From: Clostridia bacterium
GTDB lineage: Bacteria; Bacillota; Clostridia; TANB77; CAG-465
Reading direction: 5' to 3'
NCBI GenBank assembly: GCA_036660635.1
Contig: JAVXAF010000003.1
Span: 1-42,077 of the forward strand
Length of the DNA stretch: 42,077 nucleotides
The notes under the pieces are model-generated. The model made no database searches and had not been told where the DNA came from. It worked only from the letters and a program-made list of their open reading frames with translations. The position numbers and the translations under genes were made by a program. Shown here piece after piece: positions 1 through 10,269 of this stretch. Numbering within the stretch: the first letter of the stretch is position 1; every line of letters begins with the position of its first letter.

Positions 1-27
1 TTAACTTCATATTTTAATTGTATATCT

Positions 28-606
28 ATGATATTTATCTTTTCTTTTATATTATTAAATACAATTATTGTATTTAATTTAATATCTTATGAAAACAAAA
101 AAGAAAATGTTTTGAGACTACATATTATAGCAAATAGTAACTCAATAGAAGATCAAATTATAAAATTAAAAATATCAGATAAAATAAATAATTATATTAA
201 AGATATTTCAAAAAATTTAAATTCTAGAGAAGATCTCGTTAAAACTGTTTATAACAACAAAGAAAAACTATTGCAAATTTCAAATGAAGAACTTAAACAA
301 AATACTAAAAACTATAGTTCTACTTTAAAGCTAGGAAAAATTCATTATGAAAAAAAACAAAGCATTAATTTAGATATGCCTTCTGGCACATATCAAAGTA
401 TAAATATTACTTTAGGTGAAGGAAATGGTAAAAATATTTGGTCACTAATTTTTCCTAATGAAAAAAATATTGAAAGTATAGCAGGCTATGAAACAATTTT
501 GCCTGGTATTTCTAATATATTTAATCACAATAATGCTATAAATAAAAATAATACTTATGATATAAAAATATTAGAAATTTTCAATAAATTAAAAGTAGGT
601 TTATAA
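28..606 (+). CDS. spoIIR: stage II sporulation protein R (SpoIIR)
   Basis: N-terminal hydrophobic segment followed by 'LRLHIIANSNSIEDQIIKLKISDKI' and 'ITLGEGNGKNIWSLIFP'. These match the conserved SpoIIR blocks (RLHVxANSDS..Q.LKL.VRD and G.G.NWWCVLFPP). Confidence 0.8.
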   Translation: MIFIFSFILLNTIIVFNLISYENKKENVLRLHIIANSNSIEDQIIKLKISDKINNYIKDISKNLNSREDLVKTVYNNKEKLLQISNEELKQNTKNYSSTLKLGKIHYEKKQSINLDMPSGTYQSINITLGEGNGKNIWSLIFPNEKNIESIAGYETILPGISNIFNHNNAINKNNTYDIKILEIFNKLKVGL

Positions 607-616
607 ACCTACTTTT
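591..616. terminator. bidirectional intrinsic terminator between convergent spoIIR and the DUF378 gene
   Basis: Perfect 18-nt palindrome gtaggtttataaacctac (595-612), flanked by aaaa upstream and tttt downstream. It overlaps the spoIIR stop codon. Confidence 0.5.
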
Positions 617-631
617 AATTTATTATTTATT

Positions 632-841
632 TTAATTAGCTTCTTGCTTATCAACTTTAGTAAAGAATGTAAATGCCCATATACCTGCTATTCCAACTAT
701 CGTAAATATTATTCTACTTATTATAGATGTCATTCCTCCAAACAATGTGCCAACCAAATCTATTTTAAATAGTCCCACACATCCCCAATTGATAGCACCT
801 ATTATGAGTAAAGCTAAAAATATACTATTTACAGCTTTCAT
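632..841 (-). CDS. DUF378-family small membrane protein
   Basis: 69 aa with two TM helices and the 'IGAINWGCVGLF..DLV' signature typical of DUF378 (YuzA-like) proteins. A GGAGG SD lies upstream (rc of cctcc at 848-852). Confidence 0.7.
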   Translation of the reverse strand: MKAVNSIFLALLIIGAINWGCVGLFKIDLVGTLFGGMTSIISRIIFTIVGIAGIWAFTFFTKVDKQEAN

Positions 842-928
842 AAATACCTCCTAACAAACAATAAATTGTCTATTTATATAATGTGTATTTTATATACTTT
901 TATTCAAATTTTAGTTTTAATTTATGAT

Positions 929-971
929 AAAAAAACATAGGTAGAAAAAGATATACGTCTACCTATGTTTT
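929..971. terminator. intrinsic terminator downstream of the trmH-family gene (works in both directions)
   Basis: Stem acataggtaga / tctacctatgt (935-945 and 958-968), with an A7 run on the left (a T-run on the minus strand) and tttt on the right. Confidence 0.55.
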
Positions 972-1066
972 CGTGAAAATATAAAAATCACATACTGTAT
1001 ATCATAAATGATATACTACATATATTATTGGTAATTTTAAAAAATATATACATTTTTTCATTTTTT

Positions 1067-1882
1067 TTATTTTTTAAATTGTTTGTATAGTATAATTCCA
1101 CATGCTACTGAAACATTTAAAGACTCAGCTGTATCTAAAATAGGAATTTTTACTAAATAAGTGGATAAGTCTATTATTTCATTAGATATTCCGTTAGATT
1201 CATTACCAAGTACTATTGCAAGTTTTTTGGAATAATTAATATCATCTAACATTGTAGTCCCTTGCAATGCTGTTGATATTATATCATAGTTGTTTGTTTT
1301 TAATTTATTTAAAAAGTAATGTATTTTTTCTTCATCTAAATACAATATATTAGTTCTAAGTATGGATCCCATAGTAGACCTTGTAACTTTATTTGAAAAA
1401 GCATCACACGTACCTAAATTACAAACAATATTTTTAACACCAAATGCATCTGCGCTCCTAATAATTGTACCTAAATTCCCTGCATCTTGAATCTTATCTA
1501 GTATTAATATATTAGATGACGAGTTTAATATACTCTCTTCAGATACAACAGGTATTTTTAATACAACAAGAACACCTTGAGGAGTAATTGTATCTACAAT
1601 ATCTTTAAAAATTTCTTCTTTTATTTCATATATAGTAATTTCTCCTGAATCACTTATTTTTTCTAATTTTTTAATTAAATTTTGTGAAGAGTTAAGTTTT
1701 TCAAGTATTGGTTTAGAATAAGCGATAAACTCAATGTCTATCGCTTTTTTAAAATCAATTACTTCACTTACAACCTTTATACCTTCTAAATAAAAAGCGT
1801 TATATTTTTGTCTAAATTTTTTTTCATTTAAACTTTTTATATATTTTACTTTTTCATTAGATTTACTAGTTATAATATCCAT
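1067..1882 (-). CDS. TrmH/SpoU-family RNA 2'-O-methyltransferase
   Basis: SpoU methylase blocks 'LDKIQDAGNLGTIIRSADAFG', 'AIVLGNESNGIS' and 'IPILDTAESLNVSVACGIILY'. I prefer the ATG at 1882 (MDIITSK...), which has GGAG 9 nt upstream. The track start at 1897 is a TTG. Confidence 0.8.
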   Translation of the reverse strand: MDIITSKSNEKVKYIKSLNEKKFRQKYNAFYLEGIKVVSEVIDFKKAIDIEFIAYSKPILEKLNSSQNLIKKLEKISDSGEITIYEIKEEIFKDIVDTITPQGVLVVLKIPVVSEESILNSSSNILILDKIQDAGNLGTIIRSADAFGVKNIVCNLGTCDAFSNKVTRSTMGSILRTNILYLDEEKIHYFLNKLKTNNYDIISTALQGTTMLDDINYSKKLAIVLGNESNGISNEIIDLSTYLVKIPILDTAESLNVSVACGIILYKQFKK

Positions 1883-1918
1883 ATTATATATCTCCAATTT
1901 TATATATTATTTAGTGTT

Positions 1919-3052
1919 TTAGTTATTTGAAGTTACTTGTGAAGAATTGTTGGATTTTTTATATTCTTCTTCAGTTTGAACTGGTTTTCCTGTTATTTGT
2001 TCAACTAATTTATTTAATACTTTTTTATTTACTATAACGTTTTTATTTTCGCTTTTTTTATTAATATCCTCATCTACTATTTTTCTTCTTTCATTAGAAT
2101 TGTTTACTCTACCATTTTCAATAATACTATCTAATTTAATTATATGGAAACCGGCTTCAGTTTCTACTAAAGTTGGATATATTTTTCCAATTGTAAGTCC
2201 TTTTATAGCATTTACATATTCTTCCATTACAGTATTATCCATATATAATTTAAAGACTCCACCATTTTTAGCTGTATTAGTATCCTCAGAATTATCTTTT
2301 GCAAGAGTTATAAAATCTTCTCCTGCTAAAGCTCTATTTAAAATATCTTGTGCCTTATTTCTTGCAATATTTTTTTCTTCTTCTTTTGCAGTTGATTCAA
2401 CCTTAAATAATATATGCCTAGTATTATACTCATTCATATCTGTGTCTTGACCAGATATTTTTTTAATATATGAAGCTACCTCTTCGCTAGATAGTTTTTT
2501 TTCAAGTGAAGCAATATACGCATTAATAATATAATCATTCATATACAATTGTTTCATACTATCAATACTAATTCCTTGTTTTTTTATTGATTCAATTTGT
2601 TTTTCATCTGCAAAAGTCTCATTAACTTTTGCCATATCTTCATCTGAAATAGTTACTCCAGCATTTTTAGCTTCTAATAAAAGTACTTTATCAATTGCAG
2701 CTTTTTGAGCAATTTGATCAGGTATCATATATTCTGGATAACCATAATATCCAAGCATTGGTGAAAATGCTTTATAGTATGTTGTATATTCTGACTTTAT
2801 AACTTTTCCACCATCAAATTTAACAACAGCTTCCATATTTGTTTTATAAAGAAAAAATCCAAATATCAATGCAGCAATAAATAAAACTCCACCAACAATT
2901 GTAAATATTACAACTTTATCACTAATTGGTTCTTTTAGTTGTGTTTTTTTAGCTTTTATCTCTTTTTTTATAGCTTTTAACTGCTCTTTATTTTTCATTT
3001 TTTCTTCTTTTTTTTCTTGTTTTTCTTTTAATTTTGCCTCTTTTTCTTCCAT
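1919..3052 (-). CDS. membrane-anchored parvulin-type peptidyl-prolyl isomerase (PrsA/SurA-like foldase)
   Basis: Lys/Glu-rich N-tail, one TM helix and a SurA-N-like region, followed by the rotamase block 'YNTRHILFKV...NGGVFKL...EAGFHIIKL'. The start ATG overlaps the mfd stop (TAATG). The mfd-prsA-like linkage is common in Firmicutes. Confidence 0.75.
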   Translation of the reverse strand: MEEKEAKLKEKQEKKEEKMKNKEQLKAIKKEIKAKKTQLKEPISDKVVIFTIVGGVLFIAALIFGFFLYKTNMEAVVKFDGGKVIKSEYTTYYKAFSPMLGYYGYPEYMIPDQIAQKAAIDKVLLLEAKNAGVTISDEDMAKVNETFADEKQIESIKKQGISIDSMKQLYMNDYIINAYIASLEKKLSSEEVASYIKKISGQDTDMNEYNTRHILFKVESTAKEEEKNIARNKAQDILNRALAGEDFITLAKDNSEDTNTAKNGGVFKLYMDNTVMEEYVNAIKGLTIGKIYPTLVETEAGFHIIKLDSIIENGRVNNSNERRKIVDEDINKKSENKNVIVNKKVLNKLVEQITGKPVQTEEEYKKSNNSSQVTSNN

Positions 3053-6000
3053 TATTTTTCCTCTTTTCTTATAAACATTTTATTAATATTATCTAATTCT
3101 AACTGTACACGTAATAGTATATCATTACCATTGTTTTTTGTCAATTGAATTTTAAAATTACAAGGTTCAAATTTTATAATTTTTTTTGTTGCAATTATTT
3201 TACTAATACCAAGTTGTCTACACTCATTTCTGATTTCAACAATTTTAATTAAGTTTTCTGTTTCTTTTGGTATTTCACCATACCTATCTAAAAGTTCATC
3301 TATTACATCCATTGTCTCTTCTTTTGTATTAATATCTGAAATTTTTTGGTACATTGATATTTTTTGAAGTGGATCTTTAATGTACTCATCACTAATATAC
3401 GCCGAAATATCTATATCAATTTTTACTTCTTTTTGAACATCATATTTAGCATTTGTATCTTTTCCTCCTTTTTCTTCTCTAATTGCTTTTTCTAAAAGTG
3501 CTAAATACATTTCATATCCAACTTTTGCCATATGTCCATGTTGTTCTTTACCAAGTAAATTTCCAGCTCCCCTTATTTCTAAATCACGAAGTGCTATTTT
3601 AAATCCACTTCCAAATTCAGTAAAATCTTTTATAGCTTTCAATCTTTTAGAAGAAACTTCTGAAATCTGTTTATTTTTTTCATATGTTATATATGCATAT
3701 GCTAGTCTATTTGATCTGCCAACCCTACCTCTTATTTGATATAGCTGCGCTAAGCCTAACTTATCAGCATTTTCAATAATAAGCGTATTGGCATTTTTAA
3801 TATCTATTCCTGATTCTAAAATTGTAGTACATACTATAACATCTAGTTCATGGTTCATAAATTTCAACATAATATTTTCTATCTGTTCAGGATTCATCTG
3901 GCCATGTGCATATGCTACTTTTGCATATGGTACAAGATCTCTTACTTTTTGTGTAACGCTTTCAATATTTGCAACACTATTATTTATATAAAAAACCTGA
4001 CCATCTCTTGAGAGTTCTTTTTCAATTGCCTCTTTAACAACATTTTCATCATATTCTAATACATAAGTATGCACCGGTATTCTTTCTAAAGGCGGCTCTG
4101 TTAATGTACTCATTTTCCTTATACCAATCATAGACATATGAAGAGTTCTTGGAATAGGTGTAGCAGTCATAGAAAGTACATCAATACTTTCTTTTAATTG
4201 TTTTATAGACTCTTTTGCCTTAACACCAAATCTATGCTCTTCATCTATGATTAAAAGTCCTAAATTTTCAAAAAAAACATCTTTAGACAATAATCTATGT
4301 GTACCAATAACTACATCAATTTTGCCATCCACTAATTTTTTTAATATTTCTGTTTGTTCTTTTTTTGTTTTAAATCTACTCAACATTTCTACTTTTATTC
4401 CAAAACTTTCCATTCTGCTTTTAAAAGTAGTATATTGTTGAAGTGATAATACTGTAGTTGGTACAAGATATGCTACTTGTTTTCCACTCATTATAGCCTT
4501 AAACGTCGCCCTAAGAGCCAATTCTGTTTTACCATATCCAACATCTCCGCAAAGTAGCCTATCCATTGGTTTTGCATCTTCCATATCTTGTTTTATTTCC
4601 ATTAAAGATGTCTTTTGATCATTAGTTAATTCATATTCAAAAGAATCTTCAAATTCTTTTTGCCACTGTGTATCTTTTGAAAATGCAAATCCAAAAGCTT
4701 CTTCTCTTTTTGCATATAATAACATTAGTTCTTTTGCTATTTGTTTTACATGAGTTGTAACTTTTCTTTTAGTCTGCTCCCATTGCTTTGTACCAAGACA
4801 ATTAAGTTTTGGCTTAGTATCATCATCGCATACATATTTTTTAACTAAATCCAATTGATTTATTGGAACATACAATGCACCTCTATCAGAGTATTCTAAC
4901 TTTATATAATCTTTTAGTGTGTCTTCAACACGTATAGTCTCAATTCCTTTATATATGCCTATACCATGATTTTCATGAACAATATAGTCTCCTATTTCAA
5001 GATCTTCAAAACTATTTATTGTAGATCCTATAGAAGTTTTTTTAATTTTTTTAGGCAAAGAGGATTTTACTCCGTTTACGCTTTCTGCAATTACTGCTAA
5101 ATTAAAATCATTAAAATCATATCCTGATGATAATATTGCTTTAGTTATATACACCTCACCAATACAAAAATTATCAACAGTTAATACATCGTTTATTTTT
5201 TTAACAATAATTTTATTATCTTTTAAATAATTTTTTATTTGTTCTACTCTATTATCAGTTGGAAAAACCAATAATACCGCTTTTATTTTTTTTAGTCTTA
5301 TAATATCATTTAGAAGTATATCCATTCCACTTTTAAAAAAATTAAGTTCTTTTGTTTCAAAAACATATAATTTTCTTAAAGTATGAACTGATTTATCAAA
5401 AGCTAAATTTTCTAAATATATATTTGTATAATTCTTAAGACTATTTTCTATCTCTTCAAATCTTATGTATTTATTTACAAATGGTATATGAATATATCCT
5501 CTTTCTCCAAACGTTTTTATTGTCTCAATATTTTCATAACAAACATTTTGAGACTTTTTAATACATTTTGATATTTCATCTATATATATACTGTAATTTT
5601 CAAAATAATCAAGTAATGTTTCATACTTTTTAACAAATATCTCAAAATATTTATCAACAATATTTTCTAGATTTCCAGATTCTATTTTTTCAATATCTTC
5701 TAATATACTACTTTTTAATTTATCATCACTATTTGTTTTTAAAAAATCTTTTAACTTTCTTAAACCATTTTCAATGTCAGCTTGATTTATATTATTTTCT
5801 GCAGCATGTGACATTTTAATTTGGTTTAATACATCAATGCTTCTTTGAGTAATGGGATCAAATGTTCTAATACTATCAATTTCATTACCAAAGAGTTCAA
5901 TTCTATATGGAAGCTCACTATTTATTGCAAATATATCAATTAGTGAACCACGAATAGCAAATTGACCTTTTCCCTCAACTAGATTAGATTTTTCATATCC

Positions 6001-6477
6001 AAGCTTTACAAGATCAGCACAAACCTTAGAAATATTTATTTCAAATCCCACTTTTAAATTTAAAGTCAAATCTATATAGTCTTTTCGTGGCAACATTTTA
6101 ATCATTAGTGCATCTATTGTTGTAACTACAATTTTTAATTTAGTATTTAATATTTTTTCAATTGCATACATTCTACTATTTTCTATCTCTTTACTTTGTA
6201 CATCTATATCATAATACTCTAAAGTTCTAGAAGGTAAATATATTATTTCAATATTACTATAAAACTTTAAATCTTGAACAGTTTTTTTTGCTTCAAAGTT
6301 GTTTGGGCATACAATTACAGAACTTTTCATAGAATTGATAGTAAGCCCATAAATTATATGTGCTTTACTAGCACTATTTAATCCAATTATACTAATTTTT
6401 TCTTTTTCTTTTTTTATAAGTTTCAAAAGTTCTAAATATTGTGAATTTTGACTAAACTCTCGTATTATTGGATCCAT
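3052..6477 (-). CDS. mfd: transcription-repair coupling factor Mfd
   Basis: 1141 aa. CarD/RNAP-interaction block 'IGDYIVHENHGIGIYKGI', SF2 helicase motifs 'LLCGDVGYGKTELALRA', 'LLIIDEEHRFGV' and 'QLYQIRGRVGRS', and a C-terminal TRCF domain. Confidence 0.95.
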   Translation of the reverse strand: MDPIIREFSQNSQYLELLKLIKKEKEKISIIGLNSASKAHIIYGLTINSMKSSVIVCPNNFEAKKTVQDLKFYSNIEIIYLPSRTLEYYDIDVQSKEIENSRMYAIEKILNTKLKIVVTTIDALMIKMLPRKDYIDLTLNLKVGFEINISKVCADLVKLGYEKSNLVEGKGQFAIRGSLIDIFAINSELPYRIELFGNEIDSIRTFDPITQRSIDVLNQIKMSHAAENNINQADIENGLRKLKDFLKTNSDDKLKSSILEDIEKIESGNLENIVDKYFEIFVKKYETLLDYFENYSIYIDEISKCIKKSQNVCYENIETIKTFGERGYIHIPFVNKYIRFEEIENSLKNYTNIYLENLAFDKSVHTLRKLYVFETKELNFFKSGMDILLNDIIRLKKIKAVLLVFPTDNRVEQIKNYLKDNKIIVKKINDVLTVDNFCIGEVYITKAILSSGYDFNDFNLAVIAESVNGVKSSLPKKIKKTSIGSTINSFEDLEIGDYIVHENHGIGIYKGIETIRVEDTLKDYIKLEYSDRGALYVPINQLDLVKKYVCDDDTKPKLNCLGTKQWEQTKRKVTTHVKQIAKELMLLYAKREEAFGFAFSKDTQWQKEFEDSFEYELTNDQKTSLMEIKQDMEDAKPMDRLLCGDVGYGKTELALRATFKAIMSGKQVAYLVPTTVLSLQQYTTFKSRMESFGIKVEMLSRFKTKKEQTEILKKLVDGKIDVVIGTHRLLSKDVFFENLGLLIIDEEHRFGVKAKESIKQLKESIDVLSMTATPIPRTLHMSMIGIRKMSTLTEPPLERIPVHTYVLEYDENVVKEAIEKELSRDGQVFYINNSVANIESVTQKVRDLVPYAKVAYAHGQMNPEQIENIMLKFMNHELDVIVCTTILESGIDIKNANTLIIENADKLGLAQLYQIRGRVGRSNRLAYAYITYEKNKQISEVSSKRLKAIKDFTEFGSGFKIALRDLEIRGAGNLLGKEQHGHMAKVGYEMYLALLEKAIREEKGGKDTNAKYDVQKEVKIDIDISAYISDEYIKDPLQKISMYQKISDINTKEETMDVIDELLDRYGEIPKETENLIKIVEIRNECRQLGISKIIATKKIIKFEPCNFKIQLTKNNGNDILLRVQLELDNINKMFIRKEEK

Positions 6478-6496
6478 TTTTTTCCTTCTTCCTTTT

Positions 6497-8530
6497 TTAT
6501 TTAATCATATTAATAAAATCATCTATTGATAATATATTAATTTTTAATTCTTCTGCTTTTTTTAATTTACTCCCCGCGTCTTTTCCTACAATAACATAAT
6601 TTGTTTTTTTTGATACCGATCCTACTACTTTACCAGAGTTTTTTTCTATTAACTCTACAACTTTACTTCTAGTATATTTTTCAAAAGATCCAGTAACTAC
6701 AAAGTTTATATCTTTTAGTTTAGTAGATTCATTTTCATTTTTAAATGAATTTAAGTTAACTCCTATATTTTTAAATTTTTTTATTAATTGTTTTGTTTTA
6801 TCTTTTTTAAAAAACTCAACAACAGACTCAGACATTATCAATCCAAAATCATCTAGAGAATTAAGATCTTCTATGCTTGAGTTCATTATCTCATAAATAC
6901 TATTAAAATGTTTAGCAAGTACTTTTGCTGCTTTTTTGCCAATATGTCGTATTCCTAGTCCAAAAATTAGTTTATCTAAACTGTTTGATTTTGTTTCATT
7001 TATTGCATCAATTAAATTTTGAGCAGATTTTGGAGCAAATCTATCTAATTTTACTATGTCTTCATATTTTAAATAATAAATATCTGCTATATCTTTAATT
7101 AATCCTATTTCAATTAATTTTTCTACTATAGTTTCACCAAGCCCTGATATATCCATTGCATCTCTAGAGGCAAAATGAACCACACTTCTATATACAAGAG
7201 CTGTACACTCACTATTAGTGCATCTAAGTGCGACAATACCCTCTTCTTGCTCTAATTTTTCACCACATACAGGACATAGTATAGGTCTTAAAACTTTTAT
7301 TTCAGAGCCGTTTCTTTTTTCTTTTATTATATCTACAACCTCAGGAATAACATCTCCTGCTTTTTCAATTACAGCAATATCACCAACTCTTATATCTTTT
7401 TGATCTATATAATCAAAATTATGAAGTGTTGTTCTAGAAATAAGCGAACCAGCTACTCTAATTGGATCTAAAATAGCCATAGGAGTTACTTGCCCAGTTC
7501 TTCCTACTTGAGTTATAATATCTATTATTTTAGTTTGTTTTTGCTCAGGTGGGTATTTGTATGCTACTGCCCATTTAGGTACTTTTACAGTAGAGCCCAT
7601 TTCATCACGTATTTTCAAATCATTTACTTTTACTACTGCACCATCTATTTGATATTCAAGTTCATTTCTTAAGTTCCCAATATTTTTTATTGCACTGATC
7701 ACTTCTCTTTCATTATTGCAAAGAGTTCTAAGTGAAATTGTAGTAAAACCTAATGAATCTAAAAAATCTAATCCCTCAATATGAGTTAAAAACTTTTTAT
7801 CAGATTTTTGTATATTAAATATAAATATACTTAGATTTCTTTTTTCTACAATTTTAGAATCTAATTGTCTTAGTGCTCCAGCAGCAGCATTTCTCGGATT
7901 TGCAAGAATAGGTTTACCTAATTTTATAAAATCTTCATTTATTTTACTAAACTCTTTTATTCCTAAATATGCTTCTCCTCTTATTTCAATATTTCCTTTA
8001 TAACTAATTTCTTGAGGTACTGATTTTATCATTTTTACGTTTTGTGTAATATCTTCTCCTACAAATCCATCTCCTCTTGTAGATCCCCTAATAAGTTTTC
8101 CATTTGAATATTCAAGAGAAACTGATAATCCATCTATTTTTGTTTCAACCACAAGTTTAGTATCATTTCCATATTCTAATTTTACTTTTTTGACAAATTC
8201 TTCAACATCTTCAAATGAAAAAACATCTTGAAGACTTTGCATTTGAACGTCATGATTTACCTGAGTAAATATTTTTTTTGTTCTTCCACCAACTTTTTGA
8301 GTAGGAGAATTATTATCTATGTACTCCGGATGTTCTTTTTCTATTTTTTTTAGTCTTTGAGTTAACATATCATATTCAAAATCTGTTATTTCAGGTTCGT
8401 CATCTTCATAATATCTTTTGCTATGATACTCAATTTTTTTTCTTAAAGAATCTAATTCTTCTAAAACTTTTTTATCATTATAATCTGCATCTTTATCAAC
8501 ATAAAAAAAATTTATTTGCTCATCTTTCAT
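6497..8530 (-). CDS. ligA: NAD-dependent DNA ligase LigA
   Basis: Adenylation lysine motif 'KIDGLS', Zn finger 'CPVCGEKL...LRCTNSEC', HhH repeats and a C-terminal BRCT ('FVVTGSF...'). The ATG at 8530 (MKDEQ...) has GGAGG 6 nt upstream. The longer track ORF extends to 8554. Confidence 0.95.
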   Translation of the reverse strand: MKDEQINFFYVDKDADYNDKKVLEELDSLRKKIEYHSKRYYEDDEPEITDFEYDMLTQRLKKIEKEHPEYIDNNSPTQKVGGRTKKIFTQVNHDVQMQSLQDVFSFEDVEEFVKKVKLEYGNDTKLVVETKIDGLSVSLEYSNGKLIRGSTRGDGFVGEDITQNVKMIKSVPQEISYKGNIEIRGEAYLGIKEFSKINEDFIKLGKPILANPRNAAAGALRQLDSKIVEKRNLSIFIFNIQKSDKKFLTHIEGLDFLDSLGFTTISLRTLCNNEREVISAIKNIGNLRNELEYQIDGAVVKVNDLKIRDEMGSTVKVPKWAVAYKYPPEQKQTKIIDIITQVGRTGQVTPMAILDPIRVAGSLISRTTLHNFDYIDQKDIRVGDIAVIEKAGDVIPEVVDIIKEKRNGSEIKVLRPILCPVCGEKLEQEEGIVALRCTNSECTALVYRSVVHFASRDAMDISGLGETIVEKLIEIGLIKDIADIYYLKYEDIVKLDRFAPKSAQNLIDAINETKSNSLDKLIFGLGIRHIGKKAAKVLAKHFNSIYEIMNSSIEDLNSLDDFGLIMSESVVEFFKKDKTKQLIKKFKNIGVNLNSFKNENESTKLKDINFVVTGSFEKYTRSKVVELIEKNSGKVVGSVSKKTNYVIVGKDAGSKLKKAEELKINILSIDDFINMIK

Positions 8531-8642
8531 ATATGCCTCCATATTAAATATCAATTTATTAACATTAATATTTTACTATATATTAGCTAAATTTACAACT
8601 AAATTCACTATTTTTAGTTTTATTTTAACTAGTATATAAATA

Positions 8643-8667
8643 ACAAAAAAGGAGATTACAATCTCCC
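8643..8667 (-). terminator. intrinsic terminator after pgsA
   Basis: On the minus strand the sequence reads gggagattgtaatctcc followed by tttttt. Confidence 0.5.
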
Positions 8668-8691
8668 ATTTTAATTAGTTTTTATACTTTT

Positions 8692-9303
8692 TTAATTTTC
8701 AATATCAATATCCTTTTTAAATCTTATAAAATAATCTATAAAAGACCAAACTGTTGCTGCAACTGCTGCAAATATTGAAACACTCATTGCTACATTTACC
8801 ATAAGTTCAAACACTGACATGTTTATTGCAGTTGTAAAGAAAGCTCCAACACCTGCAACGCCCATTGCTAAGTTAAGTAATGCAAGTGGAATTCCAATAA
8901 GTTGAAAAACTGTTTTAATTTTTCCACTAAGTGAAGCTGCAAGATCTGTTTCTTTTTCTGCTCCAAACATTCTAAATGCATTAACAAAGAAATCTCTAAA
9001 TATTATAAGAGCTGTTATCCAAGCTGGTATAATTCCAAAACCTGTAAGCATAACAAATCCAGCAGATACTAAAAGTTTATCTGCAAGTGGATCCATTATT
9101 TTTCCAAATTTTGTTATAGAATTGGTTTTCCTTGCTATTGCCCCATCTACAAAATCAGTAATAGCTGCAACTAAATAAATACCTAATCCAGTCCAAAGTG
9201 GCCAAATCCACTCTTTAGGTAAACAAAGTGCTATAATAAATAGCGGTATTAATGCTATTCTAAGTATTGTTAATTTGTTTGGTAAATTCATTTTTTTAAA
9301 CAT
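8692..9303 (-). CDS. pgsA: CDP-diacylglycerol--glycerol-3-phosphate 3-phosphatidyltransferase
   Basis: CDP-alcohol phosphatidyltransferase motif 'DFVDGAIARKTNSITKFGKIMDPLADK' in a multi-TM protein. SD GGGGGA lies 5 nt upstream. Confidence 0.9.
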   Translation of the reverse strand: MFKKMNLPNKLTILRIALIPLFIIALCLPKEWIWPLWTGLGIYLVAAITDFVDGAIARKTNSITKFGKIMDPLADKLLVSAGFVMLTGFGIIPAWITALIIFRDFFVNAFRMFGAEKETDLAASLSGKIKTVFQLIGIPLALLNLAMGVAGVGAFFTTAINMSVFELMVNVAMSVSIFAAVAATVWSFIDYFIRFKKDIDIEN

Positions 9304-9327
9304 AATTTTCCCCCTTAAATATATCTT

Positions 9328-9356
9328 ATTATATCAAAAATATAATTTTTAGTCAA
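9328..9356 (-). promoter_or_regulatory. sigma-A-type promoter for pgsA
   Basis: Minus strand reads TTGACT, a 17-nt spacer, then TATAAT, with an extended -10 (TGATATAAT). Confidence 0.5.
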
Positions 9357-9403
9357 TATAAGAAATTAAACTAATGTAATTTTCACCATTTTTACACATT
9401 TAA

Positions 9404-10258
9404 CTATTTTAGTGCAACAACTGTTGCTAAAAGCCCATAATCTGTATATCCTAAGCTTTTACTTTTTCTATATGAAAAAAAATCCTCAAAATTACAATTT
9501 GTACATATATTAGAGTCTGTTATATTTTTCTTTTTTATTCCAAGTTGTAATAAATCTTTTTTTATTAAATAATGTGTATCAATATAAAAAGTTTCATCTT
9601 GGTCAATTTTAATATAGTTTTCTTCATTTTCCCATACATTTGTAAATTCTTTTTTAAAGTTTTCTTCTCTACTAGAAAAACAACATTTTCCAATTGAAGG
9701 GGCAAGACATACAATTATATCCTCAGGATTTGAATTAAACTTACTTATAAAGTCATTTATAACATTAACATGTATTTTTGACACTGTACCTTTCCATCCA
9801 GCGTGTGCAAGACCAATAATATTTTTTATACAATCGTAAAAAATTATTGGTGTGCAATCAGCAGTATTTACAAATAAAGCAACATTTTTTTCTTTTGTAA
9901 TATAGGCATCATACTCTTTATTAGAAAATTTATCAAATTCATATTCAAATTTATTTTTTTCATCTATTATAAGTACATTATTTGTATGTTTCATACTCGC
10001 TCTATATATTTGGTTTTTATTTATATTAATAATTTTACAAATTATTTCGATATTTTTATATACATTTTTTATTTCATCTTTTCCTTTTAACCTAAAAGAC
10101 AAACTTTTACACTCACCTGTACTTACACCTCCATGTCTCAAAGTTACAGCATTTACAAGTTTATCACTATATCTTTCTAATGATTTAAACTTTAAATACT
10201 CCACGTCACCTTTTTTAACATGTATTACACTTTTATTGGTATAATCTTTATTTTTCAT
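9404..10258 (-). CDS. pgeF: peptidoglycan editing factor PgeF / YfiH-family (laccase-domain) protein
   Basis: 'NTADCTPIIFYD', 'GLAHAGWKGT' and 'CLAPSIGKCCF' match the His/Cys/His site blocks of the YfiH (DUF152) family. Confidence 0.8.
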   Translation of the reverse strand: MKNKDYTNKSVIHVKKGDVEYLKFKSLERYSDKLVNAVTLRHGGVSTGECKSLSFRLKGKDEIKNVYKNIEIICKIININKNQIYRASMKHTNNVLIIDEKNKFEYEFDKFSNKEYDAYITKEKNVALFVNTADCTPIIFYDCIKNIIGLAHAGWKGTVSKIHVNVINDFISKFNSNPEDIIVCLAPSIGKCCFSSREENFKKEFTNVWENEENYIKIDQDETFYIDTHYLIKKDLLQLGIKKKNITDSNICTNCNFEDFFSYRKSKSLGYTDYGLLATVVALK

Positions 10259-10269
10259 GTTTTTTTCCT

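Noticed and set aside
2100-2450. 116-aa plus-strand ORF. Similar antisense ORFs lie at 3788-3991, 4247-4441, 7218-7403, 7490-7672, 12011-12310, 14148-14372, 14667-14873, 15180-15392, 15415-15765, 16229-16423, 16893-17123, 17326-17538, 27449-27697, 29681-29887, 31173-31406, 34529-34792, 40793-41008 and 41508-41708.
   Set aside because: All lie entirely antisense to long ORFs with strong family motifs. They encode low-complexity Phe/Ile/Leu/Ser-rich peptides, as expected from reading AT-rich coding DNA backwards, and they lack SD sequences. They are shadow ORFs.
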